Source of the DNA: Dicyema japonicum
Taxonomy: Eukaryota > Animalia > Dicyemida
Reading direction: 5' to 3'
DNA length: 64,000 nt
Assembly: GCA_011109175.1 (NCBI GenBank)
Contig: RDEW01000005.1
Span: 1,608,657 to 1,672,656 of the forward strand
In this document: one piece after another, positions 51,931 to 64,000 of the stretch
Layout of the letters: each line of letters starts with the position of its first letter
How positions within the stretch are numbered: the first letter of the stretch is position 1
The notes under the pieces: generated by a model
What the model was told of the DNA's origin: nothing
The model's input: only the letters and a program-made list of their open reading frames with translations
Database searches by the model: none
Made by a program: the position numbers and the translations under genes

Positions 51931-53084
51931 AAATATGGTAAGTGTCCATAGATGATATGCATGGCCGCTCGAATAAGAGAGCGTTAAGACAAGACGAGTT
52001 TCTCCTTCAAATATTTTCCTACAAACCTAGAAGAAACCCGCTTCTTCATTCGAAGCTCAATTTCAGGACTTTCATATTTGATTACGGAAAACTGGGTTGT
52101 CGCAAAGGTCCGAGAGAATCCCTTTTCAATCAAAATCACGGTTGCGAGAGATACCGAGAGCAGAAGGAGCGAAACTGGAATTGAATAATGTTCTGACATT
52201 AAAGTAAAAATTGACATTGGATCCAAAGATGTGAATAGAGTATTTTTCATCTTTTCATGAAAAAATTCGGAAAAACTATCCTTTAATCCCGAACTCGAAG
52301 GTACAATGGATAAAAGATAAGTTAGCCAGAAAAGAAGAATAAAAAAAATTTCTAGAGGTTCCAGCTTCGAGGTCAGCAAGTGACATTATTTTTCAATTAA
52401 AATTATTTTTTGAATTTATTCTTCATAAGGAATTTTCACCTTAAGCTACGAATCCCTTTTCTTCTGCGGTCAGCCCCATTTTTAAAGTAAGTGAACTTCT
52501 TAAGAGCCATCGTCGAAAAGTTGAGGACTGTCATTGAAGAAACACTCAATATTTCTTTTGATAAAACTGACTGGATCCAATACAAACTCCCCCTTCGCTA
52601 AGAAGGAATCGGAGTACACTCACCACTAGAACTAGCCCTACCGGCCAAATTATTATATGTGCGATTTTGGGCTTTAAACAAGCACTTTTTCTGGATGCCT
52701 TTCAGGAATCTTTTCATATAGTTTAGTCTATACAAGTTAGAACAAAAGACAAAATTTCATAGAAAAGAGTTTGTGTAAGAGAGTATTAAAAGTCGAGTAA
52801 TTAAGCTATGAGCACTGCAAAACATCGTGCACCTGTTAAAGTCTGCCAGGATTACTTGATTAGTCGGTTTGACTCTTTCTCTTTTGATGTCCCCTTTTCG
52901 GGATTTAATAATAATCCCATTTTCTAGATTCGTTGCATTCTTCTCGTGATTTTCAAGAGAGCCCGCCATTTTCTATATGTGCCTTTGCATTCAAAAATCC
53001 AAACTCGTTTTTCCGCTTTAACGTCTTTGATACAAAACAGTATCAGCGAGAAAACAAGACCAAGGGTTGGATCGAAGTCCTTAA

Positions 53085-54000
53085 TTATTATTATTAGAAA
53101 GCACTCCCGCGAAAACATAAAATTAGTTAAGTTTCCTTTGTGCCGTATTCCTAATCATCCTCTCCGTCAGCTTCGACCATGATCCTCTGTTGCGCGAGAG
53201 TTCTCTTAGGCAGTCCAGGTCGTCCGCCGATGTTAGTCTCATACCAACGGCCGATAGGTCTTCGTTCAAGATAGTCGGAAGTGTCGTTCTTGGCCTTCCG
53301 CGGAATCCTGATCCTGTGTGTACGAAGTAGTTGTCCATTGCGACATTTGCGGGGACCTGGTTAATTAGACGTAATACGTGGCCAAAGAGGCTCCATCTTG
53401 ATTTGAAAATATCATCTGACAGCACGCCGGATTTGCAAATATTATAAAGGTTTGCATCTTCATAGGCCAGTTGATCTTGATTACCGATTTAAGCTGAGCT
53501 CTGTGGAATGAGTCAAGACGGTCCATTTCCCGTTTAGAGATTCCCCAAGTCCCAGAGTTGTAGGTTAGTACCGGGATGTCAAAAGCTTTTTATATTCTAA
53601 GGCTGGTGTTTAGTCCTATCCTCTTCTTGTGGCTCCATATTGACGATATTTTTCAGTGCACTCATAGCAACGATCTTCAGAGTCTCCTAGAAGCTAGCCA
53701 ACCTTTTTTTACCTTCTCCATGACTCGTCCGATCTCCGATCATTACGTGTAAGCGTTGTAAACTCCGTTTTGTCGGGATTTACGTTTAAGAACCATTTCG
53801 AAAATATGTGTGGGAATACGCTGAGCATGTACTGAAGTGTTTGAGTATCCTCAGAGACAAAATCCAGATCGTCGTCATAGTTGTTTCCAATAGAAAATCA
53901 TTTATTCCAAAAGACACCAGAATAGGAAATTCACAGGAACTTGATAATTGTGTGATCCTGACACGTATCAAAAAAAGTCATCAACTTGGTTCGGTGTTTC
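53085..54000 (-). mobile_element. RTE LINE, 5'-truncated
   Basis: YDDLDF, VNPDKTE, IPVLTYNSGTWG, RWSLFGHVLRL, GFRGRPRTTLP. Terminus CACAAAGGAAACTTAA...GTGCTTTC(TAA)n. Confidence 0.85.
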
Positions 54001-54321
54001 TCCTTTGAACGGACAAAAATCTTTCATGGGCGGAAAACTGTTCGATCACGGCATAACGGGCACACTCAATCTTTTAGACGAATTAGGGTTTTTGATGTCA
54101 GCCATTTATTACCAGTGATCCACTGTTCAGTCACTCAGTCACTCTTTACACCCTTTTCTAGATAACTGAGATACTCCCACGAGTCGCATGCATAAAAAAC
54201 TTTCCTAAATAGTGTGGTTGTTGATTTACCATAGACCTGAAAGGCTTTTCAGTAGATTGATCTTTTCGCAAGTGAGCTAATGTCCAGATTGCATGACGAA
54301 CACCTTATTGACTTTACATAT

Positions 54322-54570
54322 TTAACAACCCCGGATATATCGGAAAGAGATTAAGAGTTAATTAACGTATATACCGTTCCCAAGATAAGAGTAAAAGGTG
54401 TCGTGTCTATCCATATCTGCCACTAAATAAGAAAGAGATCATTTTTGGCCAGGCACTGGACGTTTCCTAAAAACATGTGGATCACATGACGTCTCTTAGG
54501 ATTTAAACTCATTCAACCAAGTAGGTTGCGGTTTGGGAATTAAACCCACAACTAATCGCGGCGTCTTGTG
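54322..54570 (-). mobile_element. Short non-autonomous Vingi-like element
   Basis: Head CGCCGCG, pseudoknot variant GACGTC..TGATCC..AACGTC CAGTGCC..AAAAATGATC (54436-54493), tail CTTTCCGATATATCCGGGGTTG. Confidence 0.7.
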
Positions 54571-54639
54571 GAGAACACAGTGTATGGTAATATAATAATA
54601 ATTCAGCCCTTCAGCCGATGACTAGTATTGTTCCATTAC

Positions 54640-54830
54640 TTATCTCAGCTTAGGAAGAACTCACACTTTATTAAAGAAGTAAAGAACAGTTATGGTAAAT
54701 AATCCGAGGCATTAATCCAGGACATTGAGGGTGTTCTTAACTCCTTGTTCTTTTCTCTTTTGCTTACGTGTGAGTCCCTGACACAATCCGGTTCCGCAGT
54801 GATGAATCATAGATGACTGTGTCACTCGTC
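54640..54830 (-). mobile_element. tRNA-derived SINE, copy 4 (5'-truncated)
   Basis: CACTTTATT..AAGTAAAGAACAGTTAT and ATCCGGTTCC.CA.TGA, shared with copies 1 and 3. Confidence 0.7.
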
Positions 54831-54960
54831 AATTCATTAAATAATCTCATTTTCGTAATATAATGTGTAGCTTTGCTAAAATTATGTTTTCTAAATTAAT
54901 TTTTTGAAAATAATAAATTTTAAATAAATTGGTTTCACCTAAATTCAGTTAAAGTTTGTA

Positions 54961-57900
54961 ATGTCAAAAATTCATTGTCGTTTTGCTCATTGTGAAGGTC
55001 GAACGGTATTTTCGTTTATAAATGAGTTTGTGAATTATCACTAAAATTTCAGTCGTATACTCACCGGTGGAATTGATGGTGACTTTCGAATTTTCAAAAA
55101 TGTCGACGACGATGACCCTCACTCCGAATCTGCTTATGGATCCGTCTTCTCAATCTGTTCAGATCCCAAGAATAACCGAATTTATGCTGCTTATAAGGAC
55201 CAGACTCTCCAGGTGTACTCGTTTACACATCATGCTGGGGTAACTGACAGCTTAGAGGCAGAAATTACCATCACTCTGAACAAAGGCTCACCCTATTGCA
55301 TAGACGTTGTTGATAACAAACTCATCGTCGGGACCTCGTACAACATATTTTACCAAATAGTGACTTCTCTGTCGTTTTGTACACTTTCACCCAGAACAAC
55401 TACAAGAATGAAGTTATGAAAGGTTATTCTGCTCCAATCCTGTCTGTTTCACTCGATTATCTCATGGAATATGCTGTTTTACGAACCTTTTTATTGATCA
55501 CTGTAGGTCAGCTCAAGCTGTGTTAGATCCCTGCGAATTTGGCGTCTCAACGATCTTTTTTGCGAGTTACACATCGCTGGCATGTTCAAAATCTCAAATG
55601 ACTTAAGGTATTGCACGTTTTTACTTCAGACCTTCAAATCCTCAATGTCGCGTGAAATGGAATAACTCAGGAAGTCATCTGGCGGTTACTCTATCTCATT
55701 GTATCCGATTATACAAACGAGACATTTGGGATATCGACTACGAACTGGTAATCACGGAATTTATTTCAGGAAAATCCGCAAAACGACGATTTCTCGCTTT
55801 GTTGTTTTACATTCGACGACCGGTTTATTGTGACTGCCTCCCTTAAAGGCACAATTTCCCTGTGGAGCTGCGGAAAGAGGAATTTACTGTCTTCGTTTTA
55901 TTATTTGATGACATTTAAAGTTATGAATCTCAAAATTCATCTCCCTTGTGCTGTATCGGCTTCATGTCTAAGGACTACGAGTGCATTTTCACCGATTATT
56001 CCGTTTATGCTGCTAATCATGTCGACTAGGGATTTTTAGGAGTTGCTGACTTTACTGCTGCTGATACGGAAATCAACGGTTTTGACGATTGGGTTGAGGA
56101 TATTGACATTCTCCCAGAGAATTCAGCGTCTGTGGGCGAGGATCACTCTGATAATGCAGAAGATAGAGTTGTGCCCACAAGACATCGAAATTCAAATGGT
56201 ATTTACTTTAATAAACTCAGTCAATTTATCCTCTGACGACTCTTCAAACCCTCCCAGCCTTCAAGAAGATAAGGAACAACCAACCTTTGAAGACTATATC
56301 GGAGTTATGCAACCTCCATTTCAGCCAGGGTCCACCCCGTCTTTTCTCTCTGAGCGTTATATGGTTACTCTGCTATAAATAACCACAGGTCTGGAATTCC
56401 ATCGGAATTGTGAAACAGTACAGTCAAAGAACGGAGTCCAGCGACAGCATTGACGTGGAATTCCACGATACTTCAATCTCCCATTCATTTCACATAGACA
56501 ATTCGTATTTGTACTCCATTGGTGACCTCTCTGAGTCAGCCTTACTGCTTGCCTCTAACGGAGATGACTCAGAAGATTCTGTCCCCTCAAAAATTTACTG
56601 CATATTGACAAACACATGGGACAGATGCAAGGAATGGTCAGTGGAAATGACTGAGAAGATACACGTTGATCTGATTATTTATTCTAAGTGTGTTACCCTC
56701 AGTTCTGGTAACTGGTTGGCCGTGGTTACCAGTAGAAGATTAGTGCGGATTTTTACCCTCTCTGGCTTAGAAGTGCACGTGTTTTCCATTCCAGGACAAG
56801 GCGTCTGTTCAATCTCTTCAAACTCTCGTCTTTTCGTTGTATACCACAGAGGACTCGGTATTAGGTTCTTCTAATTTTTAGCCACAAAAGGAGACCAGGC
56901 TTTGGGATTTTTGCTGTACGAAATTTCTATGACCACGGTTTTCCCATTAATTTCTCTTCTGATTTTCCCATTTCTTTAAATTCCGTGTTGAAATGGGCAG
57001 GGTTTAATAATTTCCTTTATTTTCAGTTTTTCTGAACACGGAAGGGTTTTTACTTGTGATTCCATGGGGATCACGCGTTGTATGTTTACATTGGAGACTG
57101 GGGGACATTGGTGGGCCGAGGTCTGTGATGTTTCGGTTGGAGATTGTAGTTTATGGTAATCAGGGAACTTTGGATGACAACAATTGGGTGGTTGGTGTGG
57201 ATGAACAACACCAGAGGGTCAGATATATTTCATCAAGGTTCAAATACATACCCCTCTTCCCCAAACCGGTGGTGATCTTTATGAATTTTCAATTACCTTT
57301 GACTCAATCTACTCTTCAACAAACAAAATTTCAGGTTTTTCACGTTTTTAGTACTTTAGGAAGGGATTATCAGATCCAGCATGTTCTCATCCTACAGTGG
57401 GGACGAGAACTCACTGGCTATGCAGCTGATTGCCGTATTTAGTTAATTTAAATGGATTAGCTGTTATGTAAGGACAAAATGGACCGACGGGCATTTGATG
57501 TTGTTAGACTTCTTCTTGAACGTCCCGCTTCTCGAATATCGACTATATTTGGATCACTGGTTCTGAAATATGCCGAGAGAAGCGGTCATCCTTCCTTTTT
57601 TGAAATATTCCGGCTAAGAATATTGCTGATTTAATTGACTCAAACGGTGAAGTGAATGAAACAAATGAGAGTTTGGTGGTTGAGGACGTTCCTGAAATAA
57701 TGGCTCCTCGAACTGTTCGGCTGTCAGCATCTCGTCGAGTTAATCCTCCAGAATCTCCGAATTATGACACTCCCAATGTTATTTCATAATCTTTTGTGTC
57801 ACAAGCTACTGTGGATGAGTCAATTGACGGTCGACTAAAATCTTCTGATCTTCGGTTTAATCCATTTAAAGTTCTTTTTGGCTAACAGTAGACTGACCGT

Positions 57901-58173
57901 GAGGGTTCTTATGCGAATGTCGACTGTTTTAATCAAGAGGTTCGTAGAGCTTGTGATTTGGAAGTTCAGGTACCTACCAAGAGGTTGATTCTTGGATTTA
58001 TTTTTTGTAGACAGAAGAAGGCTTCTGCCTTTGAAGTGTGGGTTAACGAGACTGGAAACGTAGATTCTAAATCTCGGTCTGAACTGTTAGCTGACTTTAG
58101 CAAACTTTCTTCTGACGAAAAGAAAGTTGGATTTTTATGTTATTTATAGTTTTGGAAAGACAAGGCTAAGTGA
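54961..58173 (+). CDS. WDHD1: WDHD1/AND-1/Ctf4 replisome factor (WD40, SepB, HMG-like tail), many micro-introns
   Basis: MSKIHCRFAHCEGRT, ILTGGIDGDFRIF, SepB MQPPFQPGSTP...ERYM, WLAVVTSRRLVRIFTLSG, PLFPKPV, and tail SAFEVW...LSSDEKK/FWKDKAK*. Confidence 0.88.
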
Positions 58174-58229
58174 CTTTTGTTTATTGATTGTTAATAAAAT
58201 AGTTAATTTGTTCATAATTTTGTTATTTT

Positions 58230-61020
58230 TTTGCTCACCTACGATGTGGTGGCAAAAAAAAAGAGCCGCACAATCCCTATCCCTTCTTCATTGAGACGTG
58301 GATGGTGTCGTGCATTACTACCTATTTCTGGCGATGTCAAACCGAATCCAGGACCGCCATTGATTATTGCCCAAATCAACATAAATGGAATTCTAACAAA
58401 GATTATTGAAACGATTTTTTCAGTCCAACTCAGTGGATATCGCTTTAATTCGAGAGTCAAAGCTTACTCATAAAGATTCAACTCCAACGTTTCCTGGATT
58501 TTACGTGCTCCGGAAAGACCGAAACTTTGGAAGAGGTGGAGGCTTACTTACCATTGTCCATAATCAGATTAATGTTGTGGACCTTTCAAATTACATATCA
58601 AGCTTTATGGACACTGAAGATCCATTAGAACAACTCACAGTGAAAATAAAGTTACACTCCGAATGACTATAGCACATGTGTATATCCCTCCAATTTCTTT
58701 ATGCTATAAAGGCTATTGTCCTAATCTTGAACAGTTCACAGGATTGGAAAAAGTTATAATTTGTGGAGATATGAACGCCAAGAGCCCAATTTGATACACA
58801 AATCAACTATTGGACCAAAGAGGATCTATTATATTAGACAACATTGACGACTTGGTAATCCTTAACAACAGGAATAAACACACAAGAACTCCTTTAAGAA
58901 ATGGTGACTCTCTAACCTCACTAGATCTGATCAATTGCTTCGACTATTACATGGGACGTTATCTACGATTTGCACACAGATCACAATCCAATACTATTGA
59001 AAATTTTGGGAAAACACAAGATTAATGTAACTCGCAATACTTTCATCAACTTCTCACGTGCGAATTGGCTTGAGTACATGATTTTTATTAAAGACCCCCT
59101 ATCTCTTTTCCTCGATAGATGCGCCGTTGGATTTATTAATGAAAAGATTTTGCAAGCCCGAAAAAAGTTTATTCCAATGGTTCAAGACTTTTCAGATAAA
59201 TTAGACACAGAAACGAGGGTCCTTATTGCAAGAAGAAATAAACTAAAGAAAACAATAGATAAAACAGCATCCTTGAATACTGAAATTACAGATCTGAAAA
59301 AGGAAATTACCAAAAAAATCAGAAATAAAAACAAAAAAGTGGGAGGCTGCTTTGATGTCCGTAAACAGACACACAAAGACATCATCCTTATAGAGAACAC
59401 TACGGAAACTCAAAAAAATTCCCATACAACATACACCAGGAATTAATGCTGACACACTTATGAAATTTTATGTCAGTTTAAGCCACAAACCATATTTGAA
59501 AATGTATCATCAACCGAAACACAAAAAGAAAAAATATCCGTACATTGAATATTTCAAACCACTGGAGGTATTTCATGCAATTAAATAATGAAAAATACAA
59601 AATCCAAAGGGGCGGATGACATTTCAATAACTGAATTGAAGCACTTGGGCCAATAGAATCGATGCCCTTACTGAGATTTTCAATTACTCAGTGAATAGAA
59701 ATGAGATTCCCTCATAGAAAAAATCACTTATACATCCAATACCTAAAAAAACAAAGCTTTAGACGACCCCGGAGTTATCGTCCAATATCGATTCTTTGTG
59801 GCCTTTCAAAACATTGGAAAAATTAATCCTCCACAAAATTACTCATTCGCTTGATCTTGCAAGTTTCCAACATGGCTTCAGATCGGAGTACTCAACTTCA
59901 ACACATCTAACAAACTAACTCAGTTCATCTCGGATGGACTGAACTACTCAAAACCACAAAAAAGAATGGTACTTGTCGCTCTAGATATCGAGAAGCGTTT
60001 GATTCGGTACCGAGGAAGACTCTAGCAACAAAAATTTTTGACACCGATATCCATCCGAAATTCCAGATGTGGCTGGCCAATTTCATTAATGGTAGAAGAG
60101 GCTAAGTTGTCATAATAATAGAAAATCAAGACAACCATACCTCCCCAACGGGGTCCCTCAAGGATCCCTTTATCACCAACCTTGTTCAATTTATTTACAA
60201 GAGACCTTCCAAATCCAAAATACCATCCTTCTGTCTTATGCCGACGATCTCATTGTCGCAGCAAGACACCAAGACCATAAAAAACTGCGCGAAGGTTCAG
60301 GAGACCCTCGACATTATGAACCATGGTTCCTCAAAAACCACATGAAAATATCCCCTGGGAAGTCGAGCACTGCGATTATCTCCTCCTACAGGAAACATAA
60401 TCCTTCGATCCTAAATTAACTTAGAATGGAGAGCTTATCCCAGTTAATAAGAACCCATCAATCCTTGGAGTTACATATGACTCGTTAATGACGTTCACAC
60501 ACATGTGGACACAATAATTTCAAAAGTTCAAAAAAAGATGAAAATCCTAAAGACCTTTGCTAGATCGCCAATATCTTCACTTCCTTATCTCAAATTATTA
60601 CACAAACAGTATATTCTACCGACAATGGAACTTGCATGTACGGCGTGGATTACACCATTGTCAATATCCACGCAGAACAAATTAGAGGTCATGCAAAACC
60701 AATGCCTCCGGATCCTTCTTAAATGTGACAGAATGACGTCTACGTCAGAAATGAGGAACACATTAGATCTCAAAAAAGTATGGAACGGTGACGAACAACA
60801 AAAATTCTTAAAATGGTGCGACCTTTTAGAAACTTCCTTGAAGATGAGTTTCTTGCCTACCAGAAGTATGCTCGCAAATTTGAGATCAAACCTTCCCCTT
60901 TTGGACGATCAAAAAATTACAGACAAAGTCGAAACAAAGGAGGATGCACTGACACCGGGATCACTTTATTAGACGATAACTTTTTCCTCTTTCCTGTGTT
61001 CCCGGGGTTATAATAATAAT
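58230..61020 (+). mobile_element. Near full-length Vingi-like LINE (2A-APE-RT, no RNase H seen), degenerate
   Basis: Relic pseudoknot 58233-58266, LLPISGDVKPNPGP (58315-58356), AQININGI..ALIRESKL..RKDRNFGRGGGLL, GDMNAK, TDHNPI, SYRPIS, QHGFR, GVPQGS, YADD, ILGVTYD. Ends GGGATCACTT...CTGTGTTCCCGGGGTTA(TAA)n. Confidence 0.9.
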
Positions 61021-61054
61021 TTTTGTTCAGTAATAATTTGATTAAAAATACTGT

Positions 61055-61155
61055 AGTTAGTTGTTATGGAGAAGTTTCATTATAGCCCGCAGGCATTGAA
61101 GACTCAATGGGAGTTACCTCTCATGATCGCTAGCCCAATGTTCTTAAAGATTCGT
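61055..61155 (+). repeat. Long-hairpin repeat family Y, copy 2
   Basis: GTTGTTATG..CATTATAG..CAATGGGAGTTACCTCTCATGATCGC..GCCCAATGTTCT, homologous to 34530-34620. Confidence 0.6.
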
Positions 61156-61698
61156 CCGATTTATCTGACAAACTGAGACATCTTTGGGCCAATAACCCTA
61201 GACGTCTCAAAATTGTGCAAATTTTATTTAAAAAGGCTTGACCAGGTAGGTCTTAATGTCTGTGTGGTGATATGTGGCAAATTGATTAAAGATTTTTTCA
61301 GACCTTTCTAGTGACGTCATCGAATCCACTTAACTCAGGAGATGCTCAAGGTCGAAGAATTTTTCTGTTTGCTTTCTTCCATTCCTAGAGAGGTCTATTG
61401 GTCATCTAGTAGGCAACATAAGCAAAGCGACGAAACCTATTCTGTCCACATAGTCTTGTAAAACCGTATGGTGGTCGCAGAGATGGCACCAATTGGACAA
61501 AAACTTTCAGGGGGAGGGAAACTTCGCTTCCATCGTTGTTCGGCGGCAGACATTCATAAAGCTTGTTGATATCAAGGCAGTCATGAGGAGAAAATGACAG
61601 TAAAAACATTATTCTTACTGAATATTATTAAATTCCAAATATTTTTTGATTAAAAAATTATAAAATTATAAAAAAATCATTATGTTTATGTGGCATTA

Positions 61699-62097
61699 AT
61701 GGATCCTGATTTTATTGATAAGTGCTTAGATGATTTATTTATGTTTGAAGATGAAGTTATTGAATCTGGTTACAAGAAAGGATATTCTTTCGAATTTTCC
61801 AAAGCCAAGCTTAGTGGACATAATGATGGTTACCAGATTGGATTAAAACGGGCCATAGAACTGTCCTATTATATTACATTGAGGAATTTATGGCTTAGTA
61901 AAATTAGTCAAAATCCAAAAAACAAGGATACCGCTAATAAATTGGGTAAGCTGATGGCTTTCATAGAGAATGCTATGAGAGGTGATAGCTATGAAGAATT
62001 TGAGGCAGATTTGAACAACATTAGGCAGCTATTCAAATTGCTTTGTTCACGTTTTCGCAATAAAATTATTTCTTTTCAAGATAAATATGCTTTTTAA
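61699..62097 (+). CDS. LTO1: LTO1/ORAOV1-like (Yae1 family) ABCE1 maturation factor
   Basis: LDDLFMFEDEVIESGYKKG...GHNDGYQIG...ELSYY fits the deca-Gx3 pattern, with a C-terminal LNNIRQLFKLLCS. Intronless ORF. Confidence 0.6.
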   Translation: MDPDFIDKCLDDLFMFEDEVIESGYKKGYSFEFSKAKLSGHNDGYQIGLKRAIELSYYITLRNLWLSKISQNPKNKDTANKLGKLMAFIENAMRGDSYEEFEADLNNIRQLFKLLCSRFRNKIISFQDKYAF

Positions 62098-62329
62098 TTT
62101 TTTTATTAAAAATATAATTTATGGTTTTATTTGTTTTGAATTCAAATATCTTTTACAGACGTTTTAGTTTGAATCCTATTTTTGTTACAAAATCACCCCA
62201 TCGAAGTAAACATTGAGGTAGAGAATGCCAAATAGCTCCTTTATATGTCTAATTGACACCAACCACCACCTACAAAATTACTCTTCCAAGTTTATGCAAA
62301 GAACCATGAAATTTATTTGGAAAGGGTTA

Positions 62330-62503
62330 TTCATGTATAGGAATTCCGATCAATTCTGAAATTCGAGGAGACACTTCTGATAGAATGCGCTGGGATTTCG
62401 GAGGACCACTCGATAATAGTTCAGGAGTTACTAGGATATGGGATCACTTAATTAGTTTGCTTTGACACCTTATTTGGTGGTTATTGGGTGTTTTAATAAT
62501 AAC
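62330..62503 (+). mobile_element. Vingi-like 3' stub
   Basis: GGGATCACTTAATTAG (62440-62451), T-rich UTR and TAATAAT tail. Confidence 0.6.
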
Positions 62504-62639
62504 TTTAGTGCTTGGGTTGACGAGTGACGCCATCGTCAGTGTTTCACCACTGAGGAACCTGATTGGACTCTAATCACTGATTAGCAAGGAAAGAGGGGTA
62601 CCGGGATGAGCAGTCAAGGCCAGCCTAAATAGCAAGACG

Positions 62640-63030
62640 TGGAAGAGCTGTTTAATGATCTTATCCCTACAATCCTATAGGTGGCATTAGAACAAGAAAT
62701 TGCATCAATGACTAATGTCGGCCATTAATTAATTTTTCTGGAATCCTTAAAAATCTTTGTTACAAAAAGGGAATCGTAGACCCGATCATTATTTTTGATA
62801 ATGCTCGTATCAATCATTATACGGAGATTGGAGAATTGATTGAAATAGCAAACTTCCACGTTCCATTACCCCCTTCAATCCAACTGAGAATGTCTCCATA
62901 TGTATTTAGCACGTGGAAAAACTATATTTTTAGAGGAGGGCTGAAATGAGAAAAATCTAAAAAAAGGTTGTTTTTACCTTTAAAAATTAGTGACTGTTGG
63001 TCGGGAAACTATATTTTTTGGCATGTCATA
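62640..63030 (+). mobile_element. IS630/Tc1-type DDE transposase relic
   Basis: IIIFDNARINH...LPP..P.ENV-FSTWKNYI corresponds to the second Asp and LPPYSP.LNPIE regions. Confidence 0.6.
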
Positions 63031-63588
63031 GGCAATCTCCATTTCCACGATCTTCGTGATCACTTTCCCTATCTTAGCACTTTAAACTTCTGAAAATAGT
63101 GATGTTGACGATCCTGTTGATATGAATCTCAACCACTTCACTCTCGATGACCTCAGCCTCGTCTCTAACACTAAGAGGTCGTTTACTTTATTCAAACATA
63201 TAGAAACTTCCTGGGAACTTCGAAATGTTTGTAAATTACTGTTGTTGGCATTGGTTTTGCACATTTTGAGAATGAGGACTCATTTCATTGAGTGTCAGCT
63301 CCTTAATGAGAAATCAACACTTTGTAAGATGTTGCAGTATGGATCATTGATCTCCCCATTCCACTAGAGGGGTTCACACATCTACATTCTTCTTTATCCT
63401 GGAAGAATAGAGACGTGAATAGTGTCTTATTTGCTCTTCTCCTGTGTGGAGGAAAATCATTGAACAGTAAATACCATAATTCAAAACAGTACAAGATAAA
63501 CTAATGGTAGTATTTTCAAATAGTAATATTTAAATCAGTAAATAATAAATTCATTTTAGTTTAATTAAATTAATATTTAGTAATTTAA

Positions 63589-64000
63589 ATGGGTGATCAT
63601 GCTGAGGATGAATTCAAAATTTAGAAATTTATAACAGAAATGAGGTGGATTCTATATTATTTTACATAGTCCTGTGATTCAGACGTTTGGGATGACACTG
63701 CCTTGATTGCTGCTTATGAAACAGCTATGGGGAGGGTAATTTTAATGTTCACCATAGAATTCTCGAAAAAAGAAAAGGAAATCAAAATCCTCAAAATTCG
63801 GCAAAAAGAGTCCAAAAATCAGTCACAGAGGACTGCAGCACAACATTTACTGAGGACCCCAATGTCTGCAACGAGGCTCACCAAGACGTGCCCTTTAACA
63901 ATTGTGAGGACAAAGAACAACATGATAACACTAATTTTGAGAAAACTCAGAATGCAGTCCCGCTCCAATTCCCCAGATTTGATGACTCCACACAACGGAG
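63589..64000 (+). CDS. SMN: Survival motor neuron protein, 5' part
   Basis: SCDSDVWDDTALIAAYETAMG is the Gemin2-binding motif, flanked by 25-nt and 22-nt introns. One apparent frameshift in an A-run near 63618. Confidence 0.75.

Noticed and set aside
62545-62600. CTGAGGA...GAAA, a possible hammerhead ribozyme
   Set aside because: No stem II closing pair or stems I/III could be formed.

Overview
Eukaryotic, almost certainly animal, gene-rich but heavily transposon-invaded DNA. Support for an animal origin: atypical PKC with PB1-C1-kinase, PDE6D, SMN, a TSR/Ig membrane protein, and an EF-1alpha carrying the opisthokont insertion. Host genes carry very small GT-AG introns, mostly 22-26 nt and up to about 35 nt. 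That fits miniaturised parasitic metazoans such as dicyemids or myxozoans, but the taxon cannot be fixed from this window. Recognisable host genes: DCAF13 (partial), PDE6D, aPKC, an EF-hand protein, SPTLC1, a strongly divergent EF-1alpha paralog, a TSR-Ig-TM surface protein, BAH-less ORC1, WDHD1/CTF4, LTO1/ORAOV1 and SMN (partial). A large share of the remaining sequence is degenerate mobile DNA: Ingi/Vingi-like APE-RT retrotransposons, RTE, CRE-like and R4/NeSL-like REL elements, a tRNA-derived SINE family, and MULE, pogo/Tigger, Tc1/IS630, integrase and MITE relics. The most striking signal is the Vingi-like family and its short non-autonomous derivatives. They share a GC-rich head, an approximately 62-nt nested double-pseudoknot (HDV-ribozyme-like topology) supported by compensatory changes between copies, a 2A-like peptide before the endonuclease, and a GGGATCAC(C/T)T(A/G)A ('GIT-stop') 3' end. 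One copy has a clean 12-bp target-site duplication. Everything was read by eye. Repeat boundaries are approximate (about +/-20 nt), and several host genes contain apparent single-base frameshifts that may be assembly errors.
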